Source: a virus
IMG/VR virus record: IMGVR_UViG_3300035189_000005
Coordinates: 1 to 64,000 of that record
DNA length: 64,000 nt
Direction: 5' to 3' (one strand)
Under the pieces are notes generated by a model. The model searched no databases. It was not told the origin of the DNA and saw only the letters and a program-made list of their open reading frames with translations. A program made the position numbers and the translations under genes. Of the stretch, positions 45,693-57,021 are shown piece after piece; the stretch's first letter is position 1; the number at the start of each line of letters is the position of its first letter.

Positions 45693-45934
45693 AGATCGAA
45701 CTCGTTCCCAATTGGAAACGGGCTTGGAAATTTGCCTCAGTACAGTTGCCTGTACTGGGGCTCATCCTCATGTCCATTTCTGATGTTGTCCAACAGGCAT
45801 GGCAGCAACTACCTCAACAGGTTCAGCAAAACATGCCCCACTCATCCACCATTGCGATGGGAGTATTTGCCCTGAGTATCCTGGGTCGAATTCTCGTATT
45901 CACACAGAAGGAACCTGTAAATGCTGACTCCTAA
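45689..45934 (+). CDS. holin
   Basis: LVPNWKRAWKFASVQ plus two TM helices, directly before the endolysin. Confidence 0.75.
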   Translation: MKIELVPNWKRAWKFASVQLPVLGLILMSISDVVQQAWQQLPQQVQQNMPHSSTIAMGVFALSILGRILVFTQKEPVNADS

Positions 45935-46547
45935 CAAGAAGGTTGTCGGTGGTACATCTGCTGTCATGGCCGCTGTCGTTGCAGCGGTCTTTGCTGTTGA
46001 AGGCGGATTCACCACCGACAAGAACGACCGAGGCAACTGGACTTCAGGTGTCGTAGGCCAGGGTGAACTGAAAGGGACCAACCATGGCATCAGTGCCATG
46101 TCCTACCCCAATCTGGACATCAAGAATCTGACTCAGGAACAGGCAACCGAGATCTATGTCCGGGACTACATCAAACAGCCCAAGTACGATCTGATCATCA
46201 ACCTGTCACCGGCTGTCGGACAGAAGCTGGTCGATATGGGAGTCAACGTTGGCCCTGCCCGTTCTTCCACTTGGTTCCAGCAAAGCCTCAACTCCTTGAG
46301 TCGAGGTGGTACTGACTTTCCTCAAATTAATGTTGATGGTAAAGTCGGAACCAATACGGCCAACACCTATGCCAGTCTTCAGAAACGTCGGGGTAAGGTG
46401 CTGGCTTGTGAGTTGACGATCAAACTCTTGGATGCCCAGCAGGGTGTTCACTACATGAGCCTTACCAAGCTGAGCATCTATACCCCAGGTTGGGTGTCTC
46501 AACGGATAGGCAATGTGCCGCTGGAAAAGTGCAAAGAGGAAAAGTGA
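45921..46547 (+). CDS. GH108 endolysin with N-terminal SAR-like segment
   Basis: EGGF..D.NDRG, TNHGIS, DMGVNVG, VDGKVG, GWVSQR. Confidence 0.92.
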   Translation: MLTPNKKVVGGTSAVMAAVVAAVFAVEGGFTTDKNDRGNWTSGVVGQGELKGTNHGISAMSYPNLDIKNLTQEQATEIYVRDYIKQPKYDLIINLSPAVGQKLVDMGVNVGPARSSTWFQQSLNSLSRGGTDFPQINVDGKVGTNTANTYASLQKRRGKVLACELTIKLLDAQQGVHYMSLTKLSIYTPGWVSQRIGNVPLEKCKEEK

Positions 46548-46548
46548 C

Positions 46549-47058
46549 ATGTTCGATCCAAAGGGAATTGCTATGGTCTCTGCTGCGGTGATTCTCTTTG
46601 GAGGTGGCCTGTACTTCACTGGCTACTCCAATGGTGAAACCCATGCCCGTCTTGAGACAGCACTTGAGGCTGAAGCCACAGCAAAGAAGGTCACCGATCT
46701 GCAACACGAACTCATGGCAGCATCTGCCACCCACAGTCGAGAGATGCAGGAGATCTACAATGACTATGCCCAGGAAAGTCAGAAGCATGCCTTGGCTCTG
46801 GATGCTATTTCTGTCGATGCCAATAACCGGTTGCAGCTCAGTAAAGCCCGAGCCGACGTATATCAACGTCAGGCCCGAAGTAGCTCCGCTGAACAAGAAC
46901 GTCTTGCAAAGCATGCAGCCGAACTCGACCGAACTATTGAAGAAGGTCGATCTCTGGTTAGAGAACTCCGGGAAGCTGTTGGACAGCGTGATGCTGCCAT
47001 CCGAGCATTAGGTAGTATGATTACCACCGACCGTAAACTGTTCTCTACGAGTAATTGA
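46549..47058 (+). CDS. i-spanin (Rz-like)
   Basis: N-terminal TM helix plus coiled coil after the endolysin. Confidence 0.85.
   Translation: MFDPKGIAMVSAAVILFGGGLYFTGYSNGETHARLETALEAEATAKKVTDLQHELMAASATHSREMQEIYNDYAQESQKHALALDAISVDANNRLQLSKARADVYQRQARSSSAEQERLAKHAAELDRTIEEGRSLVRELREAVGQRDAAIRALGSMITTDRKLFSTSN
46760..47011 (+). CDS. o-spanin (Rz1-like), embedded in the +1 frame
   Basis: SD AGGAG, lipobox ITGC, Pro-rich mature part. Confidence 0.8.
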   Translation: MTMPRKVRSMPWLWMLFLSMPITGCSSVKPEPTYINVRPEVAPLNKNVLQSMQPNSTELLKKVDLWLENSGKLLDSVMLPSEH

Positions 47059-47059
47059 A

Positions 47060-49360
47060 ATGACCACATCTGATACCGATCTGCTCTACAACAAGGATGG
47101 GCAGTACGCACCCAAGATTACTGACTGGGCCAAGGAACCTGATCTTAAAGATCTGAAGGCTGATGCTGAGGCTGCACGCCCAGCACAACAGATTCAGGTG
47201 TCCAAGATCCGTCGTTGGAATGACATCCTCAAGGCCACCGGCAAGTTTGCTGGACCCAATGTGAAAGGACGTTCCTCTGTTCAGCCCAAGCTGACCCGGC
47301 AGCAGGCCGAGTGGCGATATGCTGCATTGAGTGAACCCTTCCTCGGTTCCAACAAACTGTTCAACGTAAAGCCCGTCACCTTCGAGGACGACAACGGTGC
47401 CAAGCAGAACGAGTTGGTCCTGAACTGGCAATTCCGCACCAAGCTGAATCGGGTCAAGTTCATTGATGACTTGGTTCGATCCACTGTTGATGATGGTACT
47501 TCTATCGTCCGTGTGGGATGGAAGCGTAATGCCATCAAGATCTGGCAGGAAGTGCCAGTCTATGACCATTACCCAATCCAGGATGAGCAACAGCTTCAGA
47601 TGTTCCAGCAAGCCATGCAGATGAAGGAAGAAGACATCCGTGGTTTCAACGAACAAGCTGACCCAGCACTGAAAGCTGCTCTGGAGTATTACGAGGAATC
47701 CGGTCAAGCCACCATTGCTGTGCAGACTGGTACTCAACGGGTTCAGGTCGAGAAGCTTCTGGAAAACAAACCGGAACTGACCATCCTCAACCCAACGAAC
47801 GTGATCATCGACCCTTCGTGTGAAGGCGACATGGACAAGGCTCTGTTCGCCATCATCTCTTTCGAGACCTGCCAAGCAGACCTCAAGAAAGAGCCTGATC
47901 GTTACAAGAACCTCGAATACGTTTTGTGGGAATCAGCATCTCCGGCCACCACTGCCGACCATGCCACCAACACCCCCGACTCCTTCCAGTTCACCGACGA
48001 ACTGCGGAAGAAGGTAGTGGCCTACGAATACTGGGGCTACAGCGATATCAAGGGTGATGGGACTTTGGTTCCGATTGTCTGCACTTGGATCGGCAATACC
48101 ATGATCCGTTGTGAAGAGAACCCTTACCCGGACCAGAAGTTGCCCTTCGTTGTCATCCCTTATCTGCCGGTCAAACGTGACCTGTACGGTGAGCCAGATG
48201 CTGAAATGCTGGTGGACTTCCAGCAGATTCACGGTGCAATCACCCGTGGCATGGTGGACTTGCTCGGTCGTTCGGCCAACAGCCAGATTGGTTTTGCCAA
48301 GGGCATGTTGGACCCACTGAACCGGAAGCGGTTTGATTCGGGTGCGGATTACGAGTTCAACCCCAATGCCAACCCACAGAACAACCTGATCGAGCACAAG
48401 TTCCCTGAGCTTCCTCAGTCGGCCATGATGATGCTGAACATCCAGCAGAACCAAGCCGAGTCCATGACTGGTGTGAAGTCTTTCTCTGGCGGTGTGTCTG
48501 GTGAATCCTACGGCCAAGTGGCTGCTGGTATTCGTGGTGCACTCGATGCTGCATCCAAGCGTGAGATGGCAATCCTTCGCCGTATCGCCAAAGGCATGAT
48601 GGAGATCGCCACCAAGATCACTGCCATGAACCAAGTGTTCATGTCTGAGAAAGAAGTGGTACGGGTCACCAACCAAGAGTTCGTGACTGTTCTGCGTGAT
48701 GACCTTCAGGGCAACTTCGACTTGGAAGTGGATATCTCCACTGCCGAGGTGGATAACCAGAAGTCCCAGGATCTGGCATTCATGCTTCAGACCGTTGGTC
48801 CTAACACTGATCCTCAGATCATGATGACGATCCTGGCAGAGATTGCAGACCTGAAGCGTATGCCTGCATTGGCTCAGAAGCTTCGGATGTGGAAACCAAC
48901 ACCAGATCCAATCGTCGAGCAACTCAAGCAGCTTGAAGTGCAGAAGGCTCAAATGGAGATCCAGAAGCTTCAGTCTGAGATTGCTCTCAATGACGCCAAG
49001 GCCAAACAAGCTGGTGCTCAAGGTGACCTTGCTAACCTGGACTTTGTTGAACAGGAGACTGGTACTAAACACGCTCGTGATATGGCTCTACAAAAAGCTC
49101 AGTCGGAAGGTAACCAGAATCTTCAGGTCACCAAGGCTCTTACTCAACCAGTTAAAGAGGGTGAGAAGGCACCGAACATTAATGCTGCGGTTGGTTTTAA
49201 CGCGATTAGTGATAAACTGAATCAAGCTAGCCAACCAATGAGTCCCAGTAGTATGATCGGTCGGGACTTAGCAGCACAGCAAGACAACTCGCGTAATCTG
49301 AATTCCAGTCGGTTCCAACCACAATTGGACCCGGCACTTAACCCAGCAATGAACCTCTAA
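47060..49360 (+). CDS. portal protein
   Basis: [22 protein letters not shown]; 766 aa; N4 gp59 position. Confidence 0.93.
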   Translation: MTTSDTDLLYNKDGQYAPKITDWAKEPDLKDLKADAEAARPAQQIQVSKIRRWNDILKATGKFAGPNVKGRSSVQPKLTRQQAEWRYAALSEPFLGSNKLFNVKPVTFEDDNGAKQNELVLNWQFRTKLNRVKFIDDLVRSTVDDGTSIVRVGWKRNAIKIWQEVPVYDHYPIQDEQQLQMFQQAMQMKEEDIRGFNEQADPALKAALEYYEESGQATIAVQTGTQRVQVEKLLENKPELTILNPTNVIIDPSCEGDMDKALFAIISFETCQADLKKEPDRYKNLEYVLWESASPATTADHATNTPDSFQFTDELRKKVVAYEYWGYSDIKGDGTLVPIVCTWIGNTMIRCEENPYPDQKLPFVVIPYLPVKRDLYGEPDAEMLVDFQQIHGAITRGMVDLLGRSANSQIGFAKGMLDPLNRKRFDSGADYEFNPNANPQNNLIEHKFPELPQSAMMMLNIQQNQAESMTGVKSFSGGVSGESYGQVAAGIRGALDAASKREMAILRRIAKGMMEIATKITAMNQVFMSEKEVVRVTNQEFVTVLRDDLQGNFDLEVDISTAEVDNQKSQDLAFMLQTVGPNTDPQIMMTILAEIADLKRMPALAQKLRMWKPTPDPIVEQLKQLEVQKAQMEIQKLQSEIALNDAKAKQAGAQGDLANLDFVEQETGTKHARDMALQKAQSEGNQNLQVTKALTQPVKEGEKAPNINAAVGFNAISDKLNQASQPMSPSSMIGRDLAAQQDNSRNLNSSRFQPQLDPALNPAMNL

Positions 49361-49373
49361 AGGACCACTCAGC

Positions 49374-49733
49374 ATGTCTGAAGTCACAGTTGAACAGTTT
49401 GAAAATCACCTCGATGGCTTGAAAGAAACCATCGAATTCCGTGACGCCGTACAACGTCTGGCGAAGAACCGGGATTTCGTCAAGGTAATCACCAACGGTT
49501 TCATGCTCCACGAAGCATCCCGTTATGTGCAAGCCTCCGGCGATCCGGCTCTTACTGCCGTCCAGCGTGCGGATGCTCTGGCCATTGCCCAGGCATCGGG
49601 TCACCTGAAGCGCTTTCTGTCGGTGTCGATCCAGATCGGCAACAAGGCTCAGGACGATATGCCTGAGCTGGAACGTCAGCTCGATCTGGCTCGTCGTGGT
49701 GTTGACGACGATGACGACTTCGGCCAGGAGTAA
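49374..49733 (+). CDS. N4 gp58-like protein
   Basis: RLAKNRDF.KVI..GF motif; synteny. Confidence 0.7.
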   Translation: MSEVTVEQFENHLDGLKETIEFRDAVQRLAKNRDFVKVITNGFMLHEASRYVQASGDPALTAVQRADALAIAQASGHLKRFLSVSIQIGNKAQDDMPELERQLDLARRGVDDDDDFGQE

Positions 49734-49739
49734 TAGACC

Positions 49740-50933
49740 ATGCCTCCAGTGGATTTCAACGTCTCTGACGAAGATTTCCTACAGCAAGAGCCTCCGGTAG
49801 TTGATCCAACCGATCAACTGTCGCAGGCCGAACTTGATGCACAAGTTCGCTTGCAGCAGGAAAAAGATGATGCTGAAGCAGCCGCCAATCTGGCTGCTGC
49901 TAATCCAGCTCCAATCCCACAGCCCGGCGATGCCGACTACGTGGAACCAACTGAACCTGTACTGAAGTCCGGCGATGAAGGTTATGTAGAACCTGCTGCT
50001 GTGCTGAAGGAAGGTGACGAAGGTTATGTCTCTCCTGCCCCTGCTCCAGCAGTGGTCGAAAAAACTCCTGAAGAGCTGGCTGCTGATAAAGAAGCCGCTG
50101 CCCAAGCTGCATTGGGTACTCCGCCTCCTGCTATCGATTACGAGGCTGCCTTCAAGAACATGATGAAACCTCTCCGTGCAAACGGCAAGGACATCGAACT
50201 TCGTGACCCGGAAGAGCTGATCAAGTTGGCTCAACAGGGTGCGAATTTCACCCAGAAAATGCAACAACTCGCTCCGCACCGTAAGGCGCTGATGATGTTG
50301 CAGAACAACGGCATTGATGAATCCCGGCTCTCTTTCCTGATCGACCTGGACAAGAAGAACCCCGAGGCTATCAAGCAGTTGATCAAAGACGCCGGGATCA
50401 ATCCTCTGGATATTGATCCCGATGTAGCTCCTGCATACCAGTCGGGCAATCACCGTGTAAGTGATGAAGAAGCCAACTTCCAATCAGCTCTGGACAACAT
50501 GACCAGTTCTGATGAAGGACGGGCCACTCTGCAAGTCATCAACTCTACCTGGGATCAGGCCAGTAAGGACATGCTCTGGAAGAACCCCGAGATCATGAGC
50601 ATCATGCACGAGGCTAAACAGTCTGGTGTATATGACGTGATCGCTACAGAAGTTGAACGTCGTCGGATTCTCGGCCAACTTCCAGTTGGTATGAGTTTCG
50701 TCCAGGCGTACAAAACTGTAGGGGATCAGATGGTTGCAGAAAAACCTGCTCCCGTTCAAACTGCCCCCGTCCCGGTGGCGACTCGTGTGGCTGCTCCAAA
50801 GCCCGACGCGAATAACGCTAAGGCCCAAGCTGCTGCTGCAACTCGCACCACGCAGCGTCAAGCGAAGGTTCTCGTTAATCCATTGGCAATGTCCGATGAC
50901 GAGTTCCTCAAGCAATTCCAAAATCGCCTCTAA
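49740..50933 (+). CDS. N4 gp57-like protein (probable scaffold)
   Basis: Acidic/Pro-rich N-terminus, LRANGKDIEL, C-terminal NPLAMSDDEF; precedes the major capsid gene. Confidence 0.75.
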   Translation: MPPVDFNVSDEDFLQQEPPVVDPTDQLSQAELDAQVRLQQEKDDAEAAANLAAANPAPIPQPGDADYVEPTEPVLKSGDEGYVEPAAVLKEGDEGYVSPAPAPAVVEKTPEELAADKEAAAQAALGTPPPAIDYEAAFKNMMKPLRANGKDIELRDPEELIKLAQQGANFTQKMQQLAPHRKALMMLQNNGIDESRLSFLIDLDKKNPEAIKQLIKDAGINPLDIDPDVAPAYQSGNHRVSDEEANFQSALDNMTSSDEGRATLQVINSTWDQASKDMLWKNPEIMSIMHEAKQSGVYDVIATEVERRRILGQLPVGMSFVQAYKTVGDQMVAEKPAPVQTAPVPVATRVAAPKPDANNAKAQAAAATRTTQRQAKVLVNPLAMSDDEFLKQFQNRL

Positions 50934-50945
50934 GGGTATATCGCT

Positions 50946-52175
50946 ATGCTGAACTACAACGCTCCAAAAGAAGGCCAGAAGTCGTCCATTGACGGTGCTG
51001 GCTCCGATCAGATGAACACCTTCTTCTGGATCAAGAAAGCTTTGATCGAGGCCCGGAAGGAACAGTTCTTCATGCCGCTGTCTTCGACCATGAACTTGCC
51101 GAAGCACTTCGGTAAAGCCGTGAAGGTGTACGAGTACATCCCACTGCTCGACGACCGCAACATCAACGACCAGGGTATCGACGCCAACGGTGCAACCATC
51201 GCCAACGGTAACCTCTATGGTTCCAGCCGTGACGTGGGCACCATCACCGGCAAGTTGCCAGTCCTGACCGAGAACGGTGGCCGCGTTAACCGCGTAGGCT
51301 TCACTCGTATCGAGCGTGAAGGTTCCATCCACAAGTTCGGCTTCTTCACCGAGTTCACTGCCGAGTCCCTGGACTTCGACAGCGACGACATGCTCAAGGA
51401 ACACCTGAGCCGTGAGCTGATGAACGGTGCCGTTCAACTGACCGAAGCCGTCCTGCAACGTGACCTGCTGGCTGCTGCTGGTACTGTCCTGTATGCCGGT
51501 GCTGCAACCAGCGATGCCACCATCACTGGTGAGATCACTCCTGCTTCCGGTCAGGTGCCTGAAATCCCTGCGTCGAAGGTCAGCTACAAGAACTTCCAAC
51601 GCCTGGACATCATCCTCACCGACAACCGCACTCCGAAGCAGACCAAGATCATCTCCGGTTCGCGGAACATCGACACCAAGGTGATCGGTAACGGTCGTGT
51701 GGCCTACATCGGTTCGGCCCTGCTGCCGGAACTGCAAGCCATGAAAGACCTGTTCGGCAACAAGGCGTTCATCGAGCCTCAGCACTACGCTGACGCTGGC
51801 AACCTGATGAACGGTGAAGTTGGTGCCTGCGGTGCCTTCCGCTTCATCCAAGTGCCGGAAATGCTGCACTGGACTGGTGCCGGTGCCGCCGTTACCAACA
51901 ACCCTGGCTATCACAGCTCCATGAAGAATGGCACTGAGCGCTACGACGTGTTCCCAATCCTGGTTATCGGCGACGACAGCTTCCAGAACATCGGTTTCCA
52001 GACTGATGGCAAGACTGTGAAGTTCACCGTCCTGACCAAGATGCCCGGCGAAGCAACTGCCGACCGCAACGACCCGTTCGGTGAAACCGGCTTCAGCTCG
52101 ATCAAGTGGTACTACGGTATCCTGATCAAGCGGCCTGAACGTATCGCACTGATCAAGTGCGTTGCACCGATCTAA
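50946..52175 (+). CDS. major capsid protein
   Basis: N4 gp56-type: [55 protein letters not shown]. Confidence 0.96.
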   Translation: MLNYNAPKEGQKSSIDGAGSDQMNTFFWIKKALIEARKEQFFMPLSSTMNLPKHFGKAVKVYEYIPLLDDRNINDQGIDANGATIANGNLYGSSRDVGTITGKLPVLTENGGRVNRVGFTRIEREGSIHKFGFFTEFTAESLDFDSDDMLKEHLSRELMNGAVQLTEAVLQRDLLAAAGTVLYAGAATSDATITGEITPASGQVPEIPASKVSYKNFQRLDIILTDNRTPKQTKIISGSRNIDTKVIGNGRVAYIGSALLPELQAMKDLFGNKAFIEPQHYADAGNLMNGEVGACGAFRFIQVPEMLHWTGAGAAVTNNPGYHSSMKNGTERYDVFPILVIGDDSFQNIGFQTDGKTVKFTVLTKMPGEATADRNDPFGETGFSSIKWYYGILIKRPERIALIKCVAPI

Positions 52176-52241
52176 CCGAACACCTCGGGGGGAATGAATG
52201 TTCCCCCCTTGGTTCCAACACTCCTTATCGGAACTGAAACC

Positions 52242-52868
52242 ATGACCAACCCGAATGCAAACCCTCTGGAACAAGACGACGATCTTCCTTCGAAGTCGGA
52301 GCTGGAGGTTCTGAAAGAGATGGCCACCATGATGGGCATCAACTTCTCCAACAACATCGGCGTCGAATCGCTCAAGCAGCGGATCGAGGAAAAGCGAGCA
52401 TCCCTCAATGCCCAATCCAACACCGAAGACCAAACCGACACGACCCAAGTCAACCCCCTGGCTCATGCTGATCCTTCGGTAGTCTCGGAAAAGCCGCTCA
52501 GCCTCCGCCAGTACATGATGCAGGAACAGACCCGTTTGGTTCGCCTGCGTATCACCAACATGGACCCGAAGAAGGCCGACCTCCAAGGCGAGATCCTGAC
52601 TGTCGCCAACGAATACCTGGGCACCATCCGTAAGTTCGTACCCTTCGGCGAAGCCACGGACAACGGTTACCATGTACCGTACTGCCTGTATGAGCTGCTG
52701 AAGAACCGTGAGTTTCTTCAGATCAAGACCTTCAAGAAGCCCGGTGGCCGTATCGAAACCAAGACCCAGTACGTTCGTGAGTTCGCACTGGAAATCCTGC
52801 CGGACCTGACTGAGAAAGAGCTGGCTCAGCTCAAAACTACCCAAGCAGCTCGCGGCGATGTGGATTAA
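52242..52868 (+). CDS. N4 gp55-like protein
   Basis: LVRLRITNMDP.K.DL.GEI.TVAN; synteny. Confidence 0.75.
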   Translation: MTNPNANPLEQDDDLPSKSELEVLKEMATMMGINFSNNIGVESLKQRIEEKRASLNAQSNTEDQTDTTQVNPLAHADPSVVSEKPLSLRQYMMQEQTRLVRLRITNMDPKKADLQGEILTVANEYLGTIRKFVPFGEATDNGYHVPYCLYELLKNREFLQIKTFKKPGGRIETKTQYVREFALEILPDLTEKELAQLKTTQAARGDVD

Positions 52869-52891
52869 TATCTAATCCCAGCGAATCAAAG

Positions 52892-52918
52892 AACGGCTCG
52901 TTAATACGGGCCGTTTTT
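52892..52918 (+). terminator. intrinsic terminator
   Basis: AACGGCTCGT/ACGGGCCGTT stem followed by TTT. Confidence 0.75.
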
Positions 52919-52944
52919 CATTGAACCAAAGAGAGGATTCACTC

Positions 52945-53802
52945 ATGGGTTGCGGAGCTGATACAGAAGCTAATGCCCTCATCACTTCCCTTACGGCTGG
53001 GGAAGACTTCACCATTCCCAAGCCTGATCTGTCTGGGGACGAATTCAAGTTTCCCTACGATCCGAACAGTCCTCTGTACAAAGGGCTGAAGCCACTGACC
53101 AACGAGGATGTGACCACTCGTGTCATTGATGGCACTGGCTCGTTCGATTCGTTCATGTCTGGCTTCAATGTCCATCTCTGGAATGAGTACGATAAAGGCC
53201 GTATCACTGGTGCCGAATACACCAAGGCTTACGTTGCTCTGGCTGAATCGGCTATGTCCCAGGGTGTTCAGTTCCTGCTCGGTAAAGACCAAGCTTTCTG
53301 GCAAGGCCAGCAAGCACAGATCCAGGCATTCACTGCACGGGTCCAACTAGAAACAGCCAAGGTGGCTCTTGCCAGCGAACAGCTTCAAGTCGCGAACCAA
53401 AAGGCTAACTATGCCTTGACCAAGTTGAAGCTTGCTTCTGAGTCTGTCACCTACTGCACTGCCCAATACAATCTGGACAATATGCTGCCCCAGCAATTGG
53501 CGAATCTGCGGATTCAGGCCAAGCTGTTGTCGGAACAGATGGAAGCACAACGTGCACAGACCTCTGACTCCCGCTCGGATAACCTCCCTGTCTTGGGTCT
53601 GATCGGCCAGCAGAAGAAGCTTTATGCCCAGCAGGTCACCAGCTACCAACGTGACTCTGAGGTGAAAGCATCGAAGTTGTTCACTGATGCATGGATCACC
53701 ATGAAGACCATCGATGAAGGCTTGAACCCACCGAACGGTTTCACCAACGCCAGCTTGGACACCATCCTGCTGCAACTGAAAGCAAACAACGGGTTGGGTT
53801 AA
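52945..53802 (+). CDS. N4 gp54-like virion protein
   Basis: GTGSFD.FM, EYDKGRITG.EY.KAY; synteny. Confidence 0.8.
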   Translation: MGCGADTEANALITSLTAGEDFTIPKPDLSGDEFKFPYDPNSPLYKGLKPLTNEDVTTRVIDGTGSFDSFMSGFNVHLWNEYDKGRITGAEYTKAYVALAESAMSQGVQFLLGKDQAFWQGQQAQIQAFTARVQLETAKVALASEQLQVANQKANYALTKLKLASESVTYCTAQYNLDNMLPQQLANLRIQAKLLSEQMEAQRAQTSDSRSDNLPVLGLIGQQKKLYAQQVTSYQRDSEVKASKLFTDAWITMKTIDEGLNPPNGFTNASLDTILLQLKANNGLG

Positions 53803-53805
53803 GTC

Positions 53806-56538
53806 ATGGGATGGGAGATGGTTCGATCCTCAAATATGTACAACCTTGCCGGTGAGAACGTAAAGCGGATCAATTATCTGCCTACCGTGATTGCTGGTAA
53901 GGTCATTGGTAATCCCAATGCTTCGATGGGGGAAGTGATCACCAATGCCACTCTTCAAGGCCAGGGTCTGAAGTATCGTCGCTTCGGTACATGGTGCCGT
54001 GAGACTGGTTATGCAGCATGGACCGGTATCTCCAGCACTCAGTTGAATACCGGTGGTGCCGTCGATCCAGCTCTCATCCTCCCCCACATTGATCATCCCG
54101 TTGGTTCGGATGTGTTCATCTCCGATGCTCGAATTGGTGCTGCCGACTTCACCTTCTGGGTGAACAGTTGGTTGCTTGCCAATCATCCTGAATCTTTCAA
54201 TAAGGAGTACGGGGTTACCTTCAATGAGCAAACTTTCGAGGCCACCATTCTGTTCAAGGATGGGACCTCTTACACATTCCCTCTGTCCGACTACGACATG
54301 ACAGGCACGTATCTCTATGTGACCTACACCGTCGTCGGAAAGAACACTGTCGAGCCGATTATCCCTGGCACTTTGGTTCAGGTTGCTGGTCCTGCTGATT
54401 ACCCTTCAACTGTTGGTTGGCAATCCAATGGTGCAACTAGTGGACCCAAGACGGTCAACCTCAATACGCACCAACTGATCCAAGTGACCTACAGTGATAA
54501 TCGTCCACCCGAGACAAGCACTCGGGATGTTCCGTATACCCAGCAGATCACTGAAACAGATGCTGAGTATGAGAAGACTGAGTACATCGGGGGTAACCCT
54601 TCAGGCTCTGAGATCAATAGTCTCCGAAGCATCATGCATCAGCTCCACACCAATGTGATTGATGAGACTCAGGAAGTTCGTTCTCAGGATGAAACTCTTC
54701 CTGGTGGTGTGGTGAAAACCACAAAGACAACAACCACTTACCAAGCAATCCGCATGGTGTATGGCTACCGGATCGATACTCAGATCATCACCAACCGGAA
54801 GTATTCGAATCTTCAGTACCTCATCTACAAGAAGGGTTCTGGTAATGCTGCTCTGGATGCAATCTTCACCACTGGCAAAGTGGATGAAGGGGTGATTCCC
54901 CCTATTGCTTTCAAGACCCGTGACATCGTGAATGGCCGTGTTCCCCTTGATATCTGGGGCTATTTGCCTTTGCGACAGGGTGCCTGGGAACAATGGATGC
55001 CACCTGAAGATACTCGACTCACAGTTCAATCTAGTGCTGCATTCAAGAAGGCATTCGACAAGGACTACCGTGAGCAAGTCACGAAGATGTATAACGACAC
55101 TCGTATCAGTGGTTCTCCTTGGCCGGTGACCATCTTCACAGTGTTTGGTGTTCCCTTTAACTCGCCGGATAAAGCCAGCAAGAAGTACATCTATCGATTC
55201 TTCCAGTCGATCATTCAACAGGGTGGAACTGGCGGTAACCAGCAGCAATGGCAACTGGCCTGGAACCAAGCTGATATCAGTCAGCGTAACTGGTTGCTTT
55301 GGCGTGATGCCCAGGCTGATCCAATGAATCCTCTCTACGGTAAACCTGAGCCTGCTCGTTTGCCTTACCCAGTAGTGCCTAACAACTCAATGGATATCCG
55401 TGCACCGAATATCCAGTATTCGGTCAGTGTGAACTGGTCTGCATTGAGTGAGGCCACCGGTACTGGTAAAGGTTTCCCTGGTGCCCGACTCAATGATGTG
55501 AAGTTTGAGATTGGCTCTACCACCAACTATGAAGAACTGATCATCTCTGGTGGTCTTACCTCATGGCGTCCTGGGTCAAGTTCCCTCATCACCATGACTT
55601 GGCAGTATGAAGAGAACAAGTGGCGAAGCATCGGTGTCTGGAACCTTCAGCACGTCAACACGATCTCTCCAGGCAACCTGATCATTACCACTGGCATCGA
55701 AGCACTGAATACTGCTGCTGAAAGCAAGTTCCTTGTTCCAGCACACATCGGTGTTCTTCGGAGTCTTCCGATCCGTGATGCGAACCAAATGGCTCAGTCC
55801 TTCTCGTACATGGTGATGAACTATGCCTATGAGATCCAAAAGGAAAATGGCTGGGGTATCTTCAAGATCGTGACGATCATTCAGATCATCGTCTTCTCGA
55901 TCATCACTGCGGGTGCAGGCTCGGGAGCATCTGTTGGTCTCCTTGGTTCCGCTGCTGGGGTTGGTGCTGCTCTCGGATTCACAGGTACGATAGCCATCAT
56001 CGTTGGTTCCATTGCCAATGCTGTTGCAGCAATGCTCTTGTCCCAACTGATCATGGCCGGTTCGACTGCTCTTTTCGGTGAACAGATCGGGGCAATCATC
56101 GGCACCATCCTGTCGATCATGGCTGTGAGTTATGGCACTGCTTACTCTAATGGCACATCGACTGCATCGTTCAACGTGAGTGATGTCTTCACTGCCGAGA
56201 ACATGATGAAGCTGTCTGTTGCTGCTGGTCAGGGCTATGCCGGTGTCATCAACAAGGACACAGCAGAGTACATTCAGCAGACTCAAGAGTTGCTGGAACA
56301 GTACAATACCGAGTCCCTTGCTATCAGTGAGGCATGGAAACAGAACCTGGGAGGTGGTCTTGTGAACCTCGACCCATCCTTCTTGGTAGACGTAGCTCGA
56401 CCGAACCCATTTGCTATGGAGTCGTCGAACACCTTTTTAAGTCGTACACTGACGGTAGGTAGTGACATCGCTGATATGACCAATGGCATAGTCACCAACT
56501 TTGCAGCAATGACGATCAACACACAGCTTCCGAGCTGA
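53806..56538 (+). CDS. N4 gp53-like virion protein with hydrophobic C-terminal segments
   Basis: 910 aa; SSNMYNLAG start; synteny. Confidence 0.75.
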   Translation: MGWEMVRSSNMYNLAGENVKRINYLPTVIAGKVIGNPNASMGEVITNATLQGQGLKYRRFGTWCRETGYAAWTGISSTQLNTGGAVDPALILPHIDHPVGSDVFISDARIGAADFTFWVNSWLLANHPESFNKEYGVTFNEQTFEATILFKDGTSYTFPLSDYDMTGTYLYVTYTVVGKNTVEPIIPGTLVQVAGPADYPSTVGWQSNGATSGPKTVNLNTHQLIQVTYSDNRPPETSTRDVPYTQQITETDAEYEKTEYIGGNPSGSEINSLRSIMHQLHTNVIDETQEVRSQDETLPGGVVKTTKTTTTYQAIRMVYGYRIDTQIITNRKYSNLQYLIYKKGSGNAALDAIFTTGKVDEGVIPPIAFKTRDIVNGRVPLDIWGYLPLRQGAWEQWMPPEDTRLTVQSSAAFKKAFDKDYREQVTKMYNDTRISGSPWPVTIFTVFGVPFNSPDKASKKYIYRFFQSIIQQGGTGGNQQQWQLAWNQADISQRNWLLWRDAQADPMNPLYGKPEPARLPYPVVPNNSMDIRAPNIQYSVSVNWSALSEATGTGKGFPGARLNDVKFEIGSTTNYEELIISGGLTSWRPGSSSLITMTWQYEENKWRSIGVWNLQHVNTISPGNLIITTGIEALNTAAESKFLVPAHIGVLRSLPIRDANQMAQSFSYMVMNYAYEIQKENGWGIFKIVTIIQIIVFSIITAGAGSGASVGLLGSAAGVGAALGFTGTIAIIVGSIANAVAAMLLSQLIMAGSTALFGEQIGAIIGTILSIMAVSYGTAYSNGTSTASFNVSDVFTAENMMKLSVAAGQGYAGVINKDTAEYIQQTQELLEQYNTESLAISEAWKQNLGGGLVNLDPSFLVDVARPNPFAMESSNTFLSRTLTVGSDIADMTNGIVTNFAAMTINTQLPS

Positions 56539-56550
56539 ACAGGAGGGGTT

Positions 56551-57009
56551 ATGGCCCTGAGTATTGATGACATCATGTCGAGCCTTTCCGGCCTCATCGG
56601 TGGTGGCAATAACGGTGCAACCGCTTATGCCGCCCCTGATTCTGGATGGTCCCCGACTCAATCCCAACTTCCATCCTTTGGTTCCCTGGCTGGCAATAGC
56701 TTTGGTCAGCCCAAGGCCCCTGCATCGGGTAACTTCGGTGGGACCGGTTTCGGTCTGAATACCGAAACTGCTCAGTTGGGTCTGAGTGGTTTGCAGTCCC
56801 TGGCTGGTATCTTCAACTCGCTTCAAGCCAACAAGTTGGCGAAGGATCAGTTCAATTTCACCAAGGACATCACGAACACCAACTTGAACAACCAGATCAA
56901 GTCGTATAACACGTCTCTGGCTGATCGGATCAACTCTCGTACGTTCACGCAGAACCAAGACCAGTCTGTGGCTCAGGACTACTTGGACAAGAACCGCCTG
57001 TCGCGGTAA
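56551..57009 (+). CDS. N4 gp52-like internal virion protein
   Basis: NLNNQIKSYNTSL.DR..SR. Confidence 0.75.
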   Translation: MALSIDDIMSSLSGLIGGGNNGATAYAAPDSGWSPTQSQLPSFGSLAGNSFGQPKAPASGNFGGTGFGLNTETAQLGLSGLQSLAGIFNSLQANKLAKDQFNFTKDITNTNLNNQIKSYNTSLADRINSRTFTQNQDQSVAQDYLDKNRLSR

Positions 57010-57021
57010 GAGGACACAACC

